Origin: an uncultured Planctomycetota bacterium
Lineage (GTDB): Bacteria; Planctomycetota; Phycisphaerae; Tepidisphaerales; Tepidisphaeraceae
Direction of reading: 5' to 3'
Assembly (NCBI GenBank): GCA_963841915.1
Contig: CAWJEN010000005.1
Coordinates: 576,001 to 640,000 of the forward strand
Length of the DNA stretch: 64,000 bases
A model generated the notes under the pieces. The model saw only the letters and a list, made by a program, of their open reading frames with translations, searched no databases and was not told the origin of the DNA. Both the position numbers and the translations under genes were made by a program. Within the stretch, counting starts at the first letter, position 1, and every line of letters begins with the position of its first letter. This document shows positions 10,951-23,261 of this stretch, one piece after another.

Positions 10951-11202
10951 GTGGTGGTGCGTTCGCTGCTGCTTCTCGGGCTGATCAGCCTCGTCTCGGC
11001 CGGTTGCTACCGCCGCGTCTCGTATGCCTCGCCGGAGGGGCGCAAGGTCGAGGTCGTCAACCTCGGCTTTGACACCGAGATCGGCAGCCTCCACGCCGAG
11101 ACCGCCGAGGGCAGTGTCACGATCGAAGGGGCGTCGTCGCAATCCGCCGTCGCCAGCAAGCTCGTCGACCTCGCCACCGAGCTGGCCAGGGAGGCACGAT
11201 GA
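10951..11202 (+). CDS. Small lipoprotein (start uncertain, 10891-10957)
   Basis: RSLLLLGLISLVSAGC lipobox; stop overlaps the next start (ATGA). Confidence 0.7.
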   Translation: MVVRSLLLLGLISLVSAGCYRRVSYASPEGRKVEVVNLGFDTEIGSLHAETAEGSVTIEGASSQSAVASKLVDLATELAREAR

Positions 11203-11687
11203 GCGCACTTGTCCACCTTGGCTTCTACCGAGGCCGCGACGACGGCGATCTGCTCGACCGCCTCATCGCCGCCCATGATGCCGGGCCGTACAGCCATGTC
11301 GAGCTCGTCTTTTCGCCATCGCCCCGCATCGGCCGACCGCTCTGCTGTTCCAGCTCGTTCCGCGACGGTGGCGTCCGGTTCAAGCACCTTCGGCTCGGCG
11401 GTGAGCAGGCCCACCTGTGGGACGTGCTGCCCGTGCCCGTCTCGCCGCGCGACGTGAGCGAGTTGCACAGCTTCTGCCGTGACCACGTGGGCGGCCGTTA
11501 CGACTACCTCGGCGTGCTGGCGTTCAAGATCCCGCTGCTCCGCCACAAGCTCAACTGGTGGTTCTGCAGTGAATTCGTCGTCGCCGCCCTGCAGCGAGCT
11601 GGCCGGCTCTCGCTGTTCGAGCCGAGCCGCCTGACCCCCAACGGCCTGTTTCGCCTGCTTCAGGAAGGACCTTCATGCAAGACCTGA
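11199..11687 (+). CDS. Permuted papain-like (NlpC/P60 superfamily) amidase/peptidase, phage-type
   Basis: His before Cys: YSHVELVF...SSSFRDGGVR...YDYLG...WFCSEFV...TPNGL; GGGAGG RBS. Confidence 0.75.
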   Translation: MSALVHLGFYRGRDDGDLLDRLIAAHDAGPYSHVELVFSPSPRIGRPLCCSSSFRDGGVRFKHLRLGGEQAHLWDVLPVPVSPRDVSELHSFCRDHVGGRYDYLGVLAFKIPLLRHKLNWWFCSEFVVAALQRAGRLSLFEPSRLTPNGLFRLLQEGPSCKT

Positions 11688-12055
11688 TTACACCCGCCGT
11701 TGCTGCCGCCATCGTTTCGGCGCTCGCGTTGCTGGTCCGTGAACTCATCGCCCGTCGCGGCTCGTTTGCAAAGCTTCAACAGGACCGTCAGCAGATCGAA
11801 GGCGACCTCGCCGTCCGCGGCCAGGAGATGCTGCTCAAGCAGATCGAGGGTCTATGGGCCGAGAACGCGTCGGTAAAGACGCGTGAGGCCGAAGGACGTG
11901 CCCGTTGTCGGGTCCTGGAACAGCAGGTCACGACGCTGGAGCAGCACTGCCGCGAGCTTGAGGCGCAGATCGAGCAACTCCGACGCCGTCTCGATCGCCA
12001 CGACCGCCTGCTACCGGGTCCGAGTGCTTCGTCGATCGTCGCAGTCGGGGCGTGA
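11675..12055 (+). CDS. Single-TM plus coiled-coil protein (holin-like)
   Basis: N-terminal AVAAAIVSALALLV followed by heptad-rich E/Q/R helix; AAGGA RBS. Confidence 0.65.
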   Translation: MQDLITPAVAAAIVSALALLVRELIARRGSFAKLQQDRQQIEGDLAVRGQEMLLKQIEGLWAENASVKTREAEGRARCRVLEQQVTTLEQHCRELEAQIEQLRRRLDRHDRLLPGPSASSIVAVGA

Positions 12056-12088
12056 CGACCATCTTGTTCTTTTCTTCTGTTTCCCCAC

Positions 12089-12139
12089 CTGCGGGCAGCC
12101 TGGGCTGCCTGCTGCGGGCAGCCTGGGCTGCCTGCTGCG
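12089..12139. repeat. 23-bp tandem duplication, each unit containing the inverted repeat GGCAGCC-TG-GGCTGCC
   Basis: CTGCGGGCAGCCTGGGCTGCCTG at 12089-12111 and 12112-12134. Confidence 0.85.
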
Positions 12140-12183
12140 ACTCCTTTGCTCCGTCCGCTTACCCTTTGTCTCAAGGACCTTTC

Positions 12184-13674
12184 ATGTTGATGACGCTGTT
12201 GCTCGCCGCCTCGCTCGCTCTGGCCCCGCCGGGTGACGACCCTTACCGATCGGCCCGGGAGGGCCTGGATCAACTTCAGTCGGAGAACGAGCGGCTGCGC
12301 GAGGAAGTCGATCTGCTCCGCCAGCAACTTGTCGCCCCGGCTGCCGCGGCCGGCGTGCAAACGATGGTCGGCCGTCTCGTCACGGTCGAGATTCCGCCCG
12401 AGCTGCAAACACCCGACGCCCACGGCCGCCGATTTGTCTGGAACTTCGGCGACGGCTCGACCGAGCGACCCGGCTACGCCGCCGGTCACGTCTACGACAC
12501 GGGCGGCCGGTACGTCGTCACGCTTGACGGCGAAGCCTTCGCAACGGTCGATGTCCTGCCGCGACCGGCCGGGCAGATGGTGGTGCTGCCACCGCTTGTC
12601 CGCGGGTTCAAAGCAAGGGCCAACACGCTGTACCTCGCCGATCCGGCAGGCACGCGTGTCACCGGCTCCGTCGACGCGACGGCAGGTGGCGTGACCTTAC
12701 GCGGGCTCGTCTTCGACCTGGGAGTCGACGCCAAGCTGCCAGCCGTGCTACCGGGTGATGACCTGGCCGTGATCGACTGCCGCGTCGACTCGGCCCGCAG
12801 TTTCATCGAACTCAACTTCGGCAGCCGAGTCGATGGCCTGCTCCTCGAACGCGTCGAACAAGGCGGCACGAACACGCTGCAGCGTTATCTCGTGGGCCTC
12901 TTTGGGGACACCTCGAACGTCAGCGTCTACGACACGGCCGCGACGAACTCGAACCACGAGCACATCCTGCGGCTCAGCGGCGACCCGACAGGTGGCCAAA
13001 CCAGCTTCGCCTCCGTCCACAACAACATCCTCAGCAACCTCAGCGAACGCAACGGCGGGCCAAAGGGTGACATGGGCAAAGCGACAGTCATCCTGCAAAA
13101 CGGTCGGTTCGGACACGTCGAAGGCAACACGCTCGTCGGCCCCAGCGGCGCCGGCCCACTGCCCGGTAAGGACGGCGAGGGTGTCTCACAATGGCGATGG
13201 CGAACCGCCAGGTGGCAGGACAACCAGATGGCCGGTGGCTGGCACGCCGACCACGGACTCATCGGCTGCACCTTCACCGGTAACTTTGTCGACGTGCCCG
13301 ACGGTGGCGGCATTCTCGTCCACGGCAAGAGCGATGCCCACGGCGGCAGGCTCGTCGAAGACCTGGTCGTCGACAACGTCGACATTGTCGGCCGCTCAGG
13401 GGCGACGCTGCTCGAGGTGCGGGGCCAGACGGGCGGCGTGCTCCTGAGCCGCGTGAGACTCGGGGCCGACCCGTCCATTCCGGCCGCAGAGAATCCGATG
13501 CCGTCGCTGCGACTGGCAAACAACCCGCAGGCGATCGGCGTCGAGCTGAGCGAAGTCACCGCGCCCGTCATCCGGAGCTGGCCTAAGCCGTCACTGGCCC
13601 TGTGCGGCGGCCAGAACGACAAGTCAGCCTACCGCGGCGTCGGCGAAGTGGCCGGATTGGAGGCCAGCGAATGA
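12184..13674 (+). CDS. Secreted PKD-domain plus right-handed beta-helix protein
   Basis: Signal peptide MLMTLLLAASLALA; PKD motif WNFGDGS...HVYDTGGRYVVTL; N/G-rich beta repeats. Confidence 0.75.
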   Translation: MLMTLLLAASLALAPPGDDPYRSAREGLDQLQSENERLREEVDLLRQQLVAPAAAAGVQTMVGRLVTVEIPPELQTPDAHGRRFVWNFGDGSTERPGYAAGHVYDTGGRYVVTLDGEAFATVDVLPRPAGQMVVLPPLVRGFKARANTLYLADPAGTRVTGSVDATAGGVTLRGLVFDLGVDAKLPAVLPGDDLAVIDCRVDSARSFIELNFGSRVDGLLLERVEQGGTNTLQRYLVGLFGDTSNVSVYDTAATNSNHEHILRLSGDPTGGQTSFASVHNNILSNLSERNGGPKGDMGKATVILQNGRFGHVEGNTLVGPSGAGPLPGKDGEGVSQWRWRTARWQDNQMAGGWHADHGLIGCTFTGNFVDVPDGGGILVHGKSDAHGGRLVEDLVVDNVDIVGRSGATLLEVRGQTGGVLLSRVRLGADPSIPAAENPMPSLRLANNPQAIGVELSEVTAPVIRSWPKPSLALCGGQNDKSAYRGVGEVAGLEASE

Positions 13675-14618
13675 AGCGCTTTCTCCTTTCTGCAAGCGTT
13701 GCGGTACTGCTGACTTCACCGGCTGCACTGGCACAAGAGCCGACGCGAAGCGACCTGCTCGCGGCTACGACCGGGCACACGTATGCCTCGCCCGATGATC
13801 GCATCGACGAGTTGCAAGTCCTCGTGAACCAAGCCTCGAAGGGCAGCGGAACGCTGGTGCTGCTGCCCGGGCTGTACCACCTGCCAAGGGCGCTGGAGCT
13901 GCCGCCGGGCCTACGGCTCATCGGGCACGGCGTGACGATGCGGCCGAGCATCGGATACGACGGGCCGCTGCTCGTGGGTGTCGGCAAGATCAACTCCAAC
14001 CGCAACGGCCGGACGATCGAGGGCATCAGCTTTCGCTTTGCAGGGACAGCCATCAGCGGGACGTGGCACTGGAGCACGCTCCGCGACCTGAGCTTTGCCG
14101 ACTGCAAGATCGGCATCGACGCCGGGCCGGTCGGGCTGACGGTCGAGCGGTCCCATTTCGAGTCGAACCAGCTTCACCTCAAGCTCAGCGGCACGGCCTC
14201 GACCTTCCGCGACTGCACGTTCTTCGGCGGACGCGGCGAGCAGTCGATGCGGCTGGTCGATGTCAAAGGTCTGACCTTCGACGGGTGCGTCATCGAGCGG
14301 AACAAGGGGCCGATGTACGTCGCCGACGGACGGCTCATTCGTTTTCTGGGTGGTTGGATCGAGAACAACGGCGGCGAGTCGGAAATCGAGCTGGCTCAAA
14401 GCGAAGGTCGCGGCGTGTACGGGCTGACGTTCGACGGCGTCTACTTCGCCGCCCGACCTGGCACGGTGGCCATCGTCCACGGGCTCGACTTTGCCACAAG
14501 CACCAGCTTCCGAGACATCGGCGGCAACCTCCAGGGTGCAGCGCTGACAACCGGTCGCGTGGTCGAGCACGAGCCCTCGCCGCTGGGCCTGCCGGGCAAG
14601 GAACCGGCAGAGGAGTAA
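13671..14618 (+). CDS. Secreted pectate-lyase-like beta-helix protein
   Basis: Signal peptide MKRFLL...AALA; GTLVLLPGLY...LRLIGHG N-cap typical of beta-helix/tailspike folds; FxDC/FDGCVIE repeats. Confidence 0.75.
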   Translation: MKRFLLSASVAVLLTSPAALAQEPTRSDLLAATTGHTYASPDDRIDELQVLVNQASKGSGTLVLLPGLYHLPRALELPPGLRLIGHGVTMRPSIGYDGPLLVGVGKINSNRNGRTIEGISFRFAGTAISGTWHWSTLRDLSFADCKIGIDAGPVGLTVERSHFESNQLHLKLSGTASTFRDCTFFGGRGEQSMRLVDVKGLTFDGCVIERNKGPMYVADGRLIRFLGGWIENNGGESEIELAQSEGRGVYGLTFDGVYFAARPGTVAIVHGLDFATSTSFRDIGGNLQGAALTTGRVVEHEPSPLGLPGKEPAEE

Positions 14619-14724
14619 CGCCCAACGATCGAGCTTTATCGTCGCTCGTCGCTCGCTCAGGAGAACGATCTACGTCACAACCCGAGGATTCACCCGGCCG
14701 ACCGCTCCGAGCGAGTCGGCCGCT

Positions 14725-16719
14725 TTATGCCTTTTTCGGGAAGATCGGCGGCATAGGGCACTGCAGCACGGCGGCGAATGCCCGGAGCAACTCCGCCTCC
14801 TCGACCGTCACGCGACCGTCGGCGGCAACGGTGGCGGCGGCGGCTTCGAGAACATGCTGCTTCACCGGCATCCGCGCCTCGGCAAGCCTCGACAGGGCGG
14901 CGTCGAGCTGCGACAAATGAAAACCGCCGTCGAACTCCGGAAGCCCAGGCGGCAGCGTGCCGGACCCGCGGTTAAATGCCGCCTGGGCCGCGGTTGCGTC
15001 ATCCGGGTGTCCTGCCAACGCGAGCGCGGACAAGGCTGTTGCCGTCTCGGTCCACAACGCCGACATCGTTGCAAATCTCTCGCGGACTTGTGGCCGAAGA
15101 ATGACCCGCTCGAGCAGCTTGTACAGTGCGTACTCCGACGGATCGATTTGCTGATCCGCCTCGATGAGCTGGCGGATGATGTTGAGCAGGCGGCTGCCAC
15201 GGTCGCGACCGAGCGTGCGAAGGGCAGGGCTGGCAAGCTCGATCATCGGTAGCCGGCCGGGCGGGCCAAGCTTGGCGACGGCGTCGCTGAGCGCGGTCGC
15301 CGCGACGGCCGTTTCGGAGTCGAGCTGAGCGAGCAGATCGTCCTGCATCACGCGAACGGCTCGATCTTTCGAGAAGAACAAACTGGCGACGATGCCGCGG
15401 GCAAGGTCCGGGCGACGGGCGGCGGCACGAATGCCCGACGGCAGTGCGGCTGCAAGTTGCTGCCCTTGCTCGATGTCCTCGGGATCGAGGCTGCCGATGT
15501 GATTCGCAATGCCGGCCGCACCAATAGCGATGTCCATCTTGTTGTCGCTTGCGCCGGAGAGGCCGCTCGCACCGGCCGTCATATCACCAAAGATGTCACC
15601 GAGCGGCCCGAGCGGGCCCTTCTGACGACGACGGTCACGCTCGAGTTCCTGGCTCTTGTCATACGTGCGTTTGGCCCTGTTTTGATTCGCCTCGAACTCC
15701 AGCATCGATCCGTCCCACTGCGCGTCGATCGCTTTGATCCGCTCGGGCAGCGGGGGGTGCGTGGCGAACATGGCTGCAAAGCCACTGGCAAAGAACAGGT
15801 GAGCGCACTCGCCGGCATGGGCGCTGCTGACGTTTGCGCCGTACTGGTTGCCGCCGATCTTGCGGAGGGCGTCGCGGATGCCGACCGAATTGCGGGTAAA
15901 TTGCACTGCCGATGCGTCGGCGAGAAATTCACGCTGGCGACTGACGCTGGCTTGGATGAGCCTGCCGAAGAAGACACCGATCGACCCGATAAGCCAGACG
16001 AGTCCACCGACGATGAGCAGGGCGATACCGAACGCCGCGCCGCCACCCTTGTCGTCGCGAGACGATCGACGGCTCGACTGCATGAGGTACGGGGCGTAGC
16101 GGAAGATGGTGTAGCCGAGCAATCCGATGACGAGGATGCCGAAGATGACGCCGATCAGCCGGATGTTCAGCCGCATGTCGCCGTTGAGGACATGGCTGAA
16201 TTCGTGGGCGATGACGCCTTGCAGCTCGTCGCGGCTGAGCTTTTCCATCGTGCCGCGTGTGACGCCGATCGCGGCGGCATCGACGTCGCTGCCGGCGGCG
16301 AAAGCGTTGATGCCAAGATCTTTGTCAATAACGTAGGTGTCCGGCACCGGCATGCCGCTGGCGAGGCTCATCTCCTCGACGACGTTGAGCAATTTGCGTT
16401 CGTCGGCGTCGTCGGATTGCGGATCGAGCTTGCGACCGCCCAATAGGCGGGCGACCTTGCCACCGTCGCCGTGCAGCTGGGCCGTCTTGAAGAAGCTGGC
16501 CCCGAAAATGACGACGAGTGTGCCGAGCGTGATGGCGACGTGCAGGCCGGGTGCCCAGAGCTGGATGTCAGATGAAGTCTCGCGATCCTGCGTCATATTG
16601 ATGGCGAGCAGGCCGACGAGATTCAGCGCGATGACAATGCCGATGACGGCGAGGCCGAACAGCACAATGAGCTTCTTGGTGCCGCGGCGCGCTTCGTCTT
16701 GGCGTTCAAAGAAGTTCAT
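14725..16719 (-). CDS. M48 (HtpX-like) membrane metalloprotease with C-terminal extension
   Basis: INAFAAG, HEFSH, SRQREFLADA, THPPL motifs; typical LemA partner. Confidence 0.92.
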   Translation of the reverse strand: MNFFERQDEARRGTKKLIVLFGLAVIGIVIALNLVGLLAINMTQDRETSSDIQLWAPGLHVAITLGTLVVIFGASFFKTAQLHGDGGKVARLLGGRKLDPQSDDADERKLLNVVEEMSLASGMPVPDTYVIDKDLGINAFAAGSDVDAAAIGVTRGTMEKLSRDELQGVIAHEFSHVLNGDMRLNIRLIGVIFGILVIGLLGYTIFRYAPYLMQSSRRSSRDDKGGGAAFGIALLIVGGLVWLIGSIGVFFGRLIQASVSRQREFLADASAVQFTRNSVGIRDALRKIGGNQYGANVSSAHAGECAHLFFASGFAAMFATHPPLPERIKAIDAQWDGSMLEFEANQNRAKRTYDKSQELERDRRRQKGPLGPLGDIFGDMTAGASGLSGASDNKMDIAIGAAGIANHIGSLDPEDIEQGQQLAAALPSGIRAAARRPDLARGIVASLFFSKDRAVRVMQDDLLAQLDSETAVAATALSDAVAKLGPPGRLPMIELASPALRTLGRDRGSRLLNIIRQLIEADQQIDPSEYALYKLLERVILRPQVRERFATMSALWTETATALSALALAGHPDDATAAQAAFNRGSGTLPPGLPEFDGGFHLSQLDAALSRLAEARMPVKQHVLEAAAATVAADGRVTVEEAELLRAFAAVLQCPMPPIFPKKA

Positions 16720-16774
16720 CTAGGATGCAGTCTATCTGCGAGACGATCGAGCTGCAGGTTGCGGACTTTGATAA

Positions 16775-17002
16775 TCAGGCTTCTGAGTCATCGGCGGCCG
16801 AAGAGTCAGGCTCGTTTCTCTCCTGGAAGTTTTGAAGCGCCTCACGCCCGATGCTGGTCAACCACACGCTGCGGCCGTCGCTGCTCACAAGGGCAACAAC
16901 AAGCTCGGCGGCTACAGGTGCCGCGGCGGCATCGACCCCATCTTGGGAATCGGCTCCAAGCACCAGACGTTGCCCCCACAGCAACAACTCCGCGATGCCC
17001 AT
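16775..17002 (-). CDS. Small hypothetical protein or remnant
   Basis: 75-aa ORF between lemA and the M48 gene; no motif. Confidence 0.3.
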   Translation of the reverse strand: MGIAELLLWGQRLVLGADSQDGVDAAAAPVAAELVVALVSSDGRSVWLTSIGREALQNFQERNEPDSSAADDSEA

Positions 17003-17241
17003 AGGCGAAACGCGGCTGATCAGCGGGCCGTCGACAACAGCGTCGATGAACCCATGCGGACGTCGGCATCGCTCGTGGTCCGGACGCGACTAGAGAAAAA
17101 GCTGCCGCGCGTTTGCCATTCCTGCCACAGAGGCGGGGGCAGCAAGACGAAGCCGAACGCTGCTGACCGCCCTCTGTCGCAGGACGGCCTCCGCAGCGCG
17201 GACGGTATCCACATCAGCATGACGGACTCACGGCGTGAGCG

Positions 17242-17868
17242 CTAGACGGGACTTTGCTCCGACGACGACTCCAGTGACACGGAAACTGCCTGCCGTTCGG
17301 CAGCTTCACTGATCTCGAATAGCGCGGCGCCTGTAAATCCGAGCGGGCCTGCGATCAGGACAGTCGGCAGCGACTGCCGGGTCGCGTTGAAGGACATGAC
17401 GCTGTCGTTGTAATGCTGCCTTGCGAAAGCGATGCGGTTCTCGGTGCTGGTCAGCTCCTCAAAAAGCCTTGCCGTCTGCTGGTCTGCCTTCAAATCCGGA
17501 TAATCCTCTTTCACAACCATCAGTCGGCCGAGCAGGGCGGTAAGGGAGGACTCCGCGCCAGAAAGCTCACGAACCGCGGCGGCATTTGCAGGATCGGCGG
17601 CTGCGGATTGACTGGCGGCAAAGGCGGCGTTTCGAGCGGCGATGACCTTCTCGAGGGTCAGCCGTTCGTGGCTCATATAGCCCTTAACGGCGTTGACGAG
17701 ATTGGGAATGAGGTCGTATCGCCGCTTGAGTTGGACGTCGATCTGGGCGAACGCGTTCTTGTACCGCTCTCGCAGCTTGATGAGCTTGTTGTACGCAAGA
17801 ATCCCAAATCCGGCCACGCCGACAACCAGCAACACGAGGAGAGCAACGATAACCAGGAACGCGTTCAC
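17242..17868 (-). CDS. lemA: LemA family protein
   Basis: QIDVQLKRRYDLIPNLV, YPDLKA, TENRIAFARQHYN. Confidence 0.95.
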   Translation of the reverse strand: MNAFLVIVALLVLLVVGVAGFGILAYNKLIKLRERYKNAFAQIDVQLKRRYDLIPNLVNAVKGYMSHERLTLEKVIAARNAAFAASQSAAADPANAAAVRELSGAESSLTALLGRLMVVKEDYPDLKADQQTARLFEELTSTENRIAFARQHYNDSVMSFNATRQSLPTVLIAGPLGFTGAALFEISEAAERQAVSVSLESSSEQSPV

Positions 17869-17980
17869 GCCAGCAGCGTACGCGACGTAGCCGACGCATG
17901 CAGTTTCTAAACCTCAGATCCACGACGTTGAAGCCATCAACCGCGGAACAGTACGAAGTCCACGCAGATATCACGAAAGA

Positions 17981-18008
17981 AGCCCCAGACGCATGTGCGT
18001 CTGGGGCT
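17981..18008 (-). terminator. rRNA unit terminator hairpin
   Basis: AGCCCCAGACGCA-TG-TGCGTCTGGGGCT followed by TCTTT on the minus strand, just after 5S. Confidence 0.75.
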
Positions 18009-18018
18009 TCGAGTAAAG

Positions 18019-18128
18019 AGCCGGCAGTAACCTACTTTCCCGCTGAAGCAGTATCATTGGCCCATCAGGCTTAACGGCCGTGTTCGGTATGGGAACGGGT
18101 GTGACCCTGATGGTATAGCCACCGGCAA
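18019..18128 (-). rRNA. rrf: 5S rRNA (ends approximate)
   Basis: Reverse strand contains CACCCGTTCCCATACCGAACACGGCCGTTAAG and GGGAAAGTAGG. Confidence 0.95.
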
Positions 18129-18292
18129 AGCCGTCGGCATCGGATTAGCGACGCCGACGGTTGGAAGACAGAGGAGGGGTATGAGCCCTGATATTCGTTG
18201 CAAAGTGACGAATCGTGCGGGTATGAGCCGAACACAATTTCGTTCGATCACATTCACCGTGTCACCGGGTGTACCGATGGGAGACGATAAAT

Positions 18293-21132
<2,840 letters not shown>

Positions 21133-21337
21133 TACTTATCACGTCCCAGCAGTACCAGGTCACCTGACCCGCCTGTGGCGTGTGTATGTCACCGAAAAGG
21201 TGCTCGACTTCTATGGGTTGGCAACAGACCCTGTTGCCAACACCCGCACTCATGCGTGCATCACCCAGCCCTAGGACACCTGTCCACAGCTGACAGTGAT
21301 GCGTATATCACTTCGCATTGAACCTCTCTGTCTTCAC

Positions 21338-21350
21338 TTGTCAAAGAGCA
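21338..21350 (-). promoter_or_regulatory. rRNA antitermination boxA
   Basis: TGCTCTTTGACAA on the minus strand in the 23S leader. Confidence 0.8.
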
Positions 21351-21437
21351 GTGCTCTTTCGAGTCGCCTGACGTAGCCGGTAAACCGGGTTGACTCCCTT
21401 GCCCCGTAGGGCGAAGCTTGTCGGTCAGGCGGGGGCC

Positions 21438-21465
21438 ACTGTAGGCGGCCCCCGCGGTTCGTCAA
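21438..21465 (-). promoter_or_regulatory. Sigma70-type promoter of the 23S-5S unit
   Basis: TTGACG-16 bp-TACAGT followed by a GC-rich discriminator GGCCCCC. Confidence 0.7.
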
Positions 21466-21605
21466 GCGGTCGATTAACTCGATGCTCAACTTCCCGCGTC
21501 CGTCTCAGAGTCACTTTCGTGTCTCGTCGGCGGGCGGGAAAGATAGGCCGCCCATCCCAGACGGCAAGCCTAGAGGGTGATTTTGTTCGCGATTGTGCCT
21601 TCGTA

Positions 21606-22445
21606 TCACCCTGATCTGGCGTCGTCAGCGTCGTAAGGTGTTGTTGTTCCAGCAAGCTGTTGTTCAACCCGCTCGACGGTTTGCGCCCGTCCGGTGGCCA
21701 CATCGATCTCTGTCAGTACCCCGCTGAGGCGAACATCTCCCCCTGCGACTTCGAAGTTCGCCGGGACTTGGCGGCCCATCCAGTCGAGCACGGCTTCTTT
21801 TTTCCTTCCGAGGATTGAGTCGTAAGGCCCGCACATGCCGACGTCGCTGATGTGGGCAGTGTGGCGATTCATGATGCGGGCGTCTGCGGTGGGCACGTGG
21901 GTATGAGTGCCGAAGACGAGGCTGGCTCTGCCTGCGAGATACCAGCCCATGCCGACTTTTTCGCTCGTCGCCTCTGCATGCATGTCGACGACCACAACTT
22001 TGACGCTTTTGGGCAGGCTGGCGAGGATGCGATCTGCGACGTCGAAGGGGTCGCTACAGGGCAGGCTGGCCATAAACAGTCGGCCGCTCAGGACCAGGAC
22101 GGCTACGGGCACTTCGTTGTCACCGACGCGTACGGGAACGATCGTGTGCGTCTTGCCGTGGCCTCTTGGGCTGAGGTTGGCCGGCCGGAGGATCCGGTCG
22201 CTTCGGTCGAGGACGGGAAGAATCTCGCGTCTGCGGGCAAAGTGGTCGCCGAGCGTGATCACGCCGACGCCGTTCTGGCGTAGGTCCTGGAAGATCTTGG
22301 GCGTAATCCCGCTGCCTGCGGCGGCGTTTTCGCCATTGGCGACGACGAGGTCGATTTGCCTCTCCTGAACGAGCGGTGGCAGGAGCTGGCGAACGGCTTC
22401 GCGACCGGGCCGGCCGACAATGTCGCCGAGGGCGAGGATTCTCAT
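21606..22445 (-). CDS. ymdB: YmdB/TIGR00282 metallophosphoesterase
   Basis: GDIVGRPGR, NGENAAAG, DMHAEATSEK, GTHTHVPTAD. Confidence 0.93.
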   Translation of the reverse strand: MRILALGDIVGRPGREAVRQLLPPLVQERQIDLVVANGENAAAGSGITPKIFQDLRQNGVGVITLGDHFARRREILPVLDRSDRILRPANLSPRGHGKTHTIVPVRVGDNEVPVAVLVLSGRLFMASLPCSDPFDVADRILASLPKSVKVVVVDMHAEATSEKVGMGWYLAGRASLVFGTHTHVPTADARIMNRHTAHISDVGMCGPYDSILGRKKEAVLDWMGRQVPANFEVAGGDVRLSGVLTEIDVATGRAQTVERVEQQLAGTTTPYDADDARSG

Positions 22446-22476
22446 GAGCGGGAGGGTAACGGGTTGGCGTACGAAG

Positions 22477-22501
22477 AAGCCCACGGGGAGGCCGTGGGCT
22501 T
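22477..22501 (-). terminator. Hairpin downstream of efp
   Basis: AAGCCCACGG-GGAGG-CCGTGGGCTT then CTT. Confidence 0.55.
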
Positions 22502-22563
22502 ACTCACTGATCAGTTTGGGCCGGAGCAAAGCCTTTGAAGTGGCTTTGCCCAGTGCACGCTTG

Positions 22564-23127
22564 TCAGTCTTTGGAGACGCGCTCGATGTACGCGCCGTCG
22601 CTCGTGTTCACGCGCACCACGTCACCTGGGTTGATGAACGGCGGGACCTTGATGACGAGGCCCGTCTCGCTCGTGGCGTCCTTGAGCTGGTTCGTCGCTG
22701 TCGCACCTTTGATGGCGGGTGGCGTGTCGGCGACGGCGTGGTCAACCACCTTGGGCAGCTCGTAGCTCACCATGGAGCCCTCGTAATACATGGCCTGCAT
22801 CTGCGTGTTGGGCGTCAGGAACAGGGCATCGCTGCCGAGAACGTCCTGCGGGATTGCAGGCTGCTCGTAGGTCTCCATGTCCATGAAGATATGAGATTCA
22901 CCGTCGCTGTAGAGGTACTCGACGGTTCTGCGATCGAGGTTGACGGTCTCGATGTTGTCGGTGGCGCCGACGCGTTTGTCCTGGATCGTGCCCTTCTTAA
23001 CGTCGCGCAGCTTGAACTGCACCTTGGCCCGTAGGTTGCCGGGCGTGTTGTGATCGGCGTTGGTGACGACGTAGAGGGTGCCGTCGATGACGACGGCTTG
23101 ACCGCGGCGGATGTCGCTGGCGCGCAT
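22564..23127 (-). CDS. efp: Elongation factor P
   Basis: HNTPGNLRA loop, YLYSDGE..FMDMETYEQ, ETGLVIKVPPFINPGD. Confidence 0.95.
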   Translation of the reverse strand: MRASDIRRGQAVVIDGTLYVVTNADHNTPGNLRAKVQFKLRDVKKGTIQDKRVGATDNIETVNLDRRTVEYLYSDGESHIFMDMETYEQPAIPQDVLGSDALFLTPNTQMQAMYYEGSMVSYELPKVVDHAVADTPPAIKGATATNQLKDATSETGLVIKVPPFINPGDVVRVNTSDGAYIERVSKD

Positions 23128-23261
23128 AACTTGATTGGGCTGAATCTTCGTGAACAGGTGCGTCGCTATCCCGAGCGGCGCGGGGCGAAGCCTAAGGGCA
23201 TTGAACAAGCTGTGCCACTTCGGGCGCATCGACAGCATCCCATCTGGCCTACAACGGTCCC

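Noticed and set aside
10716..14720. Intact prophage
   Set aside because: No integrase, terminase, capsid or att-like direct repeats seen
21134..21337. tRNA or 16S remnant in the 23S leader
   Set aside because: Hairpins are present but I found no cloverleaf, T-loop or 16S signature
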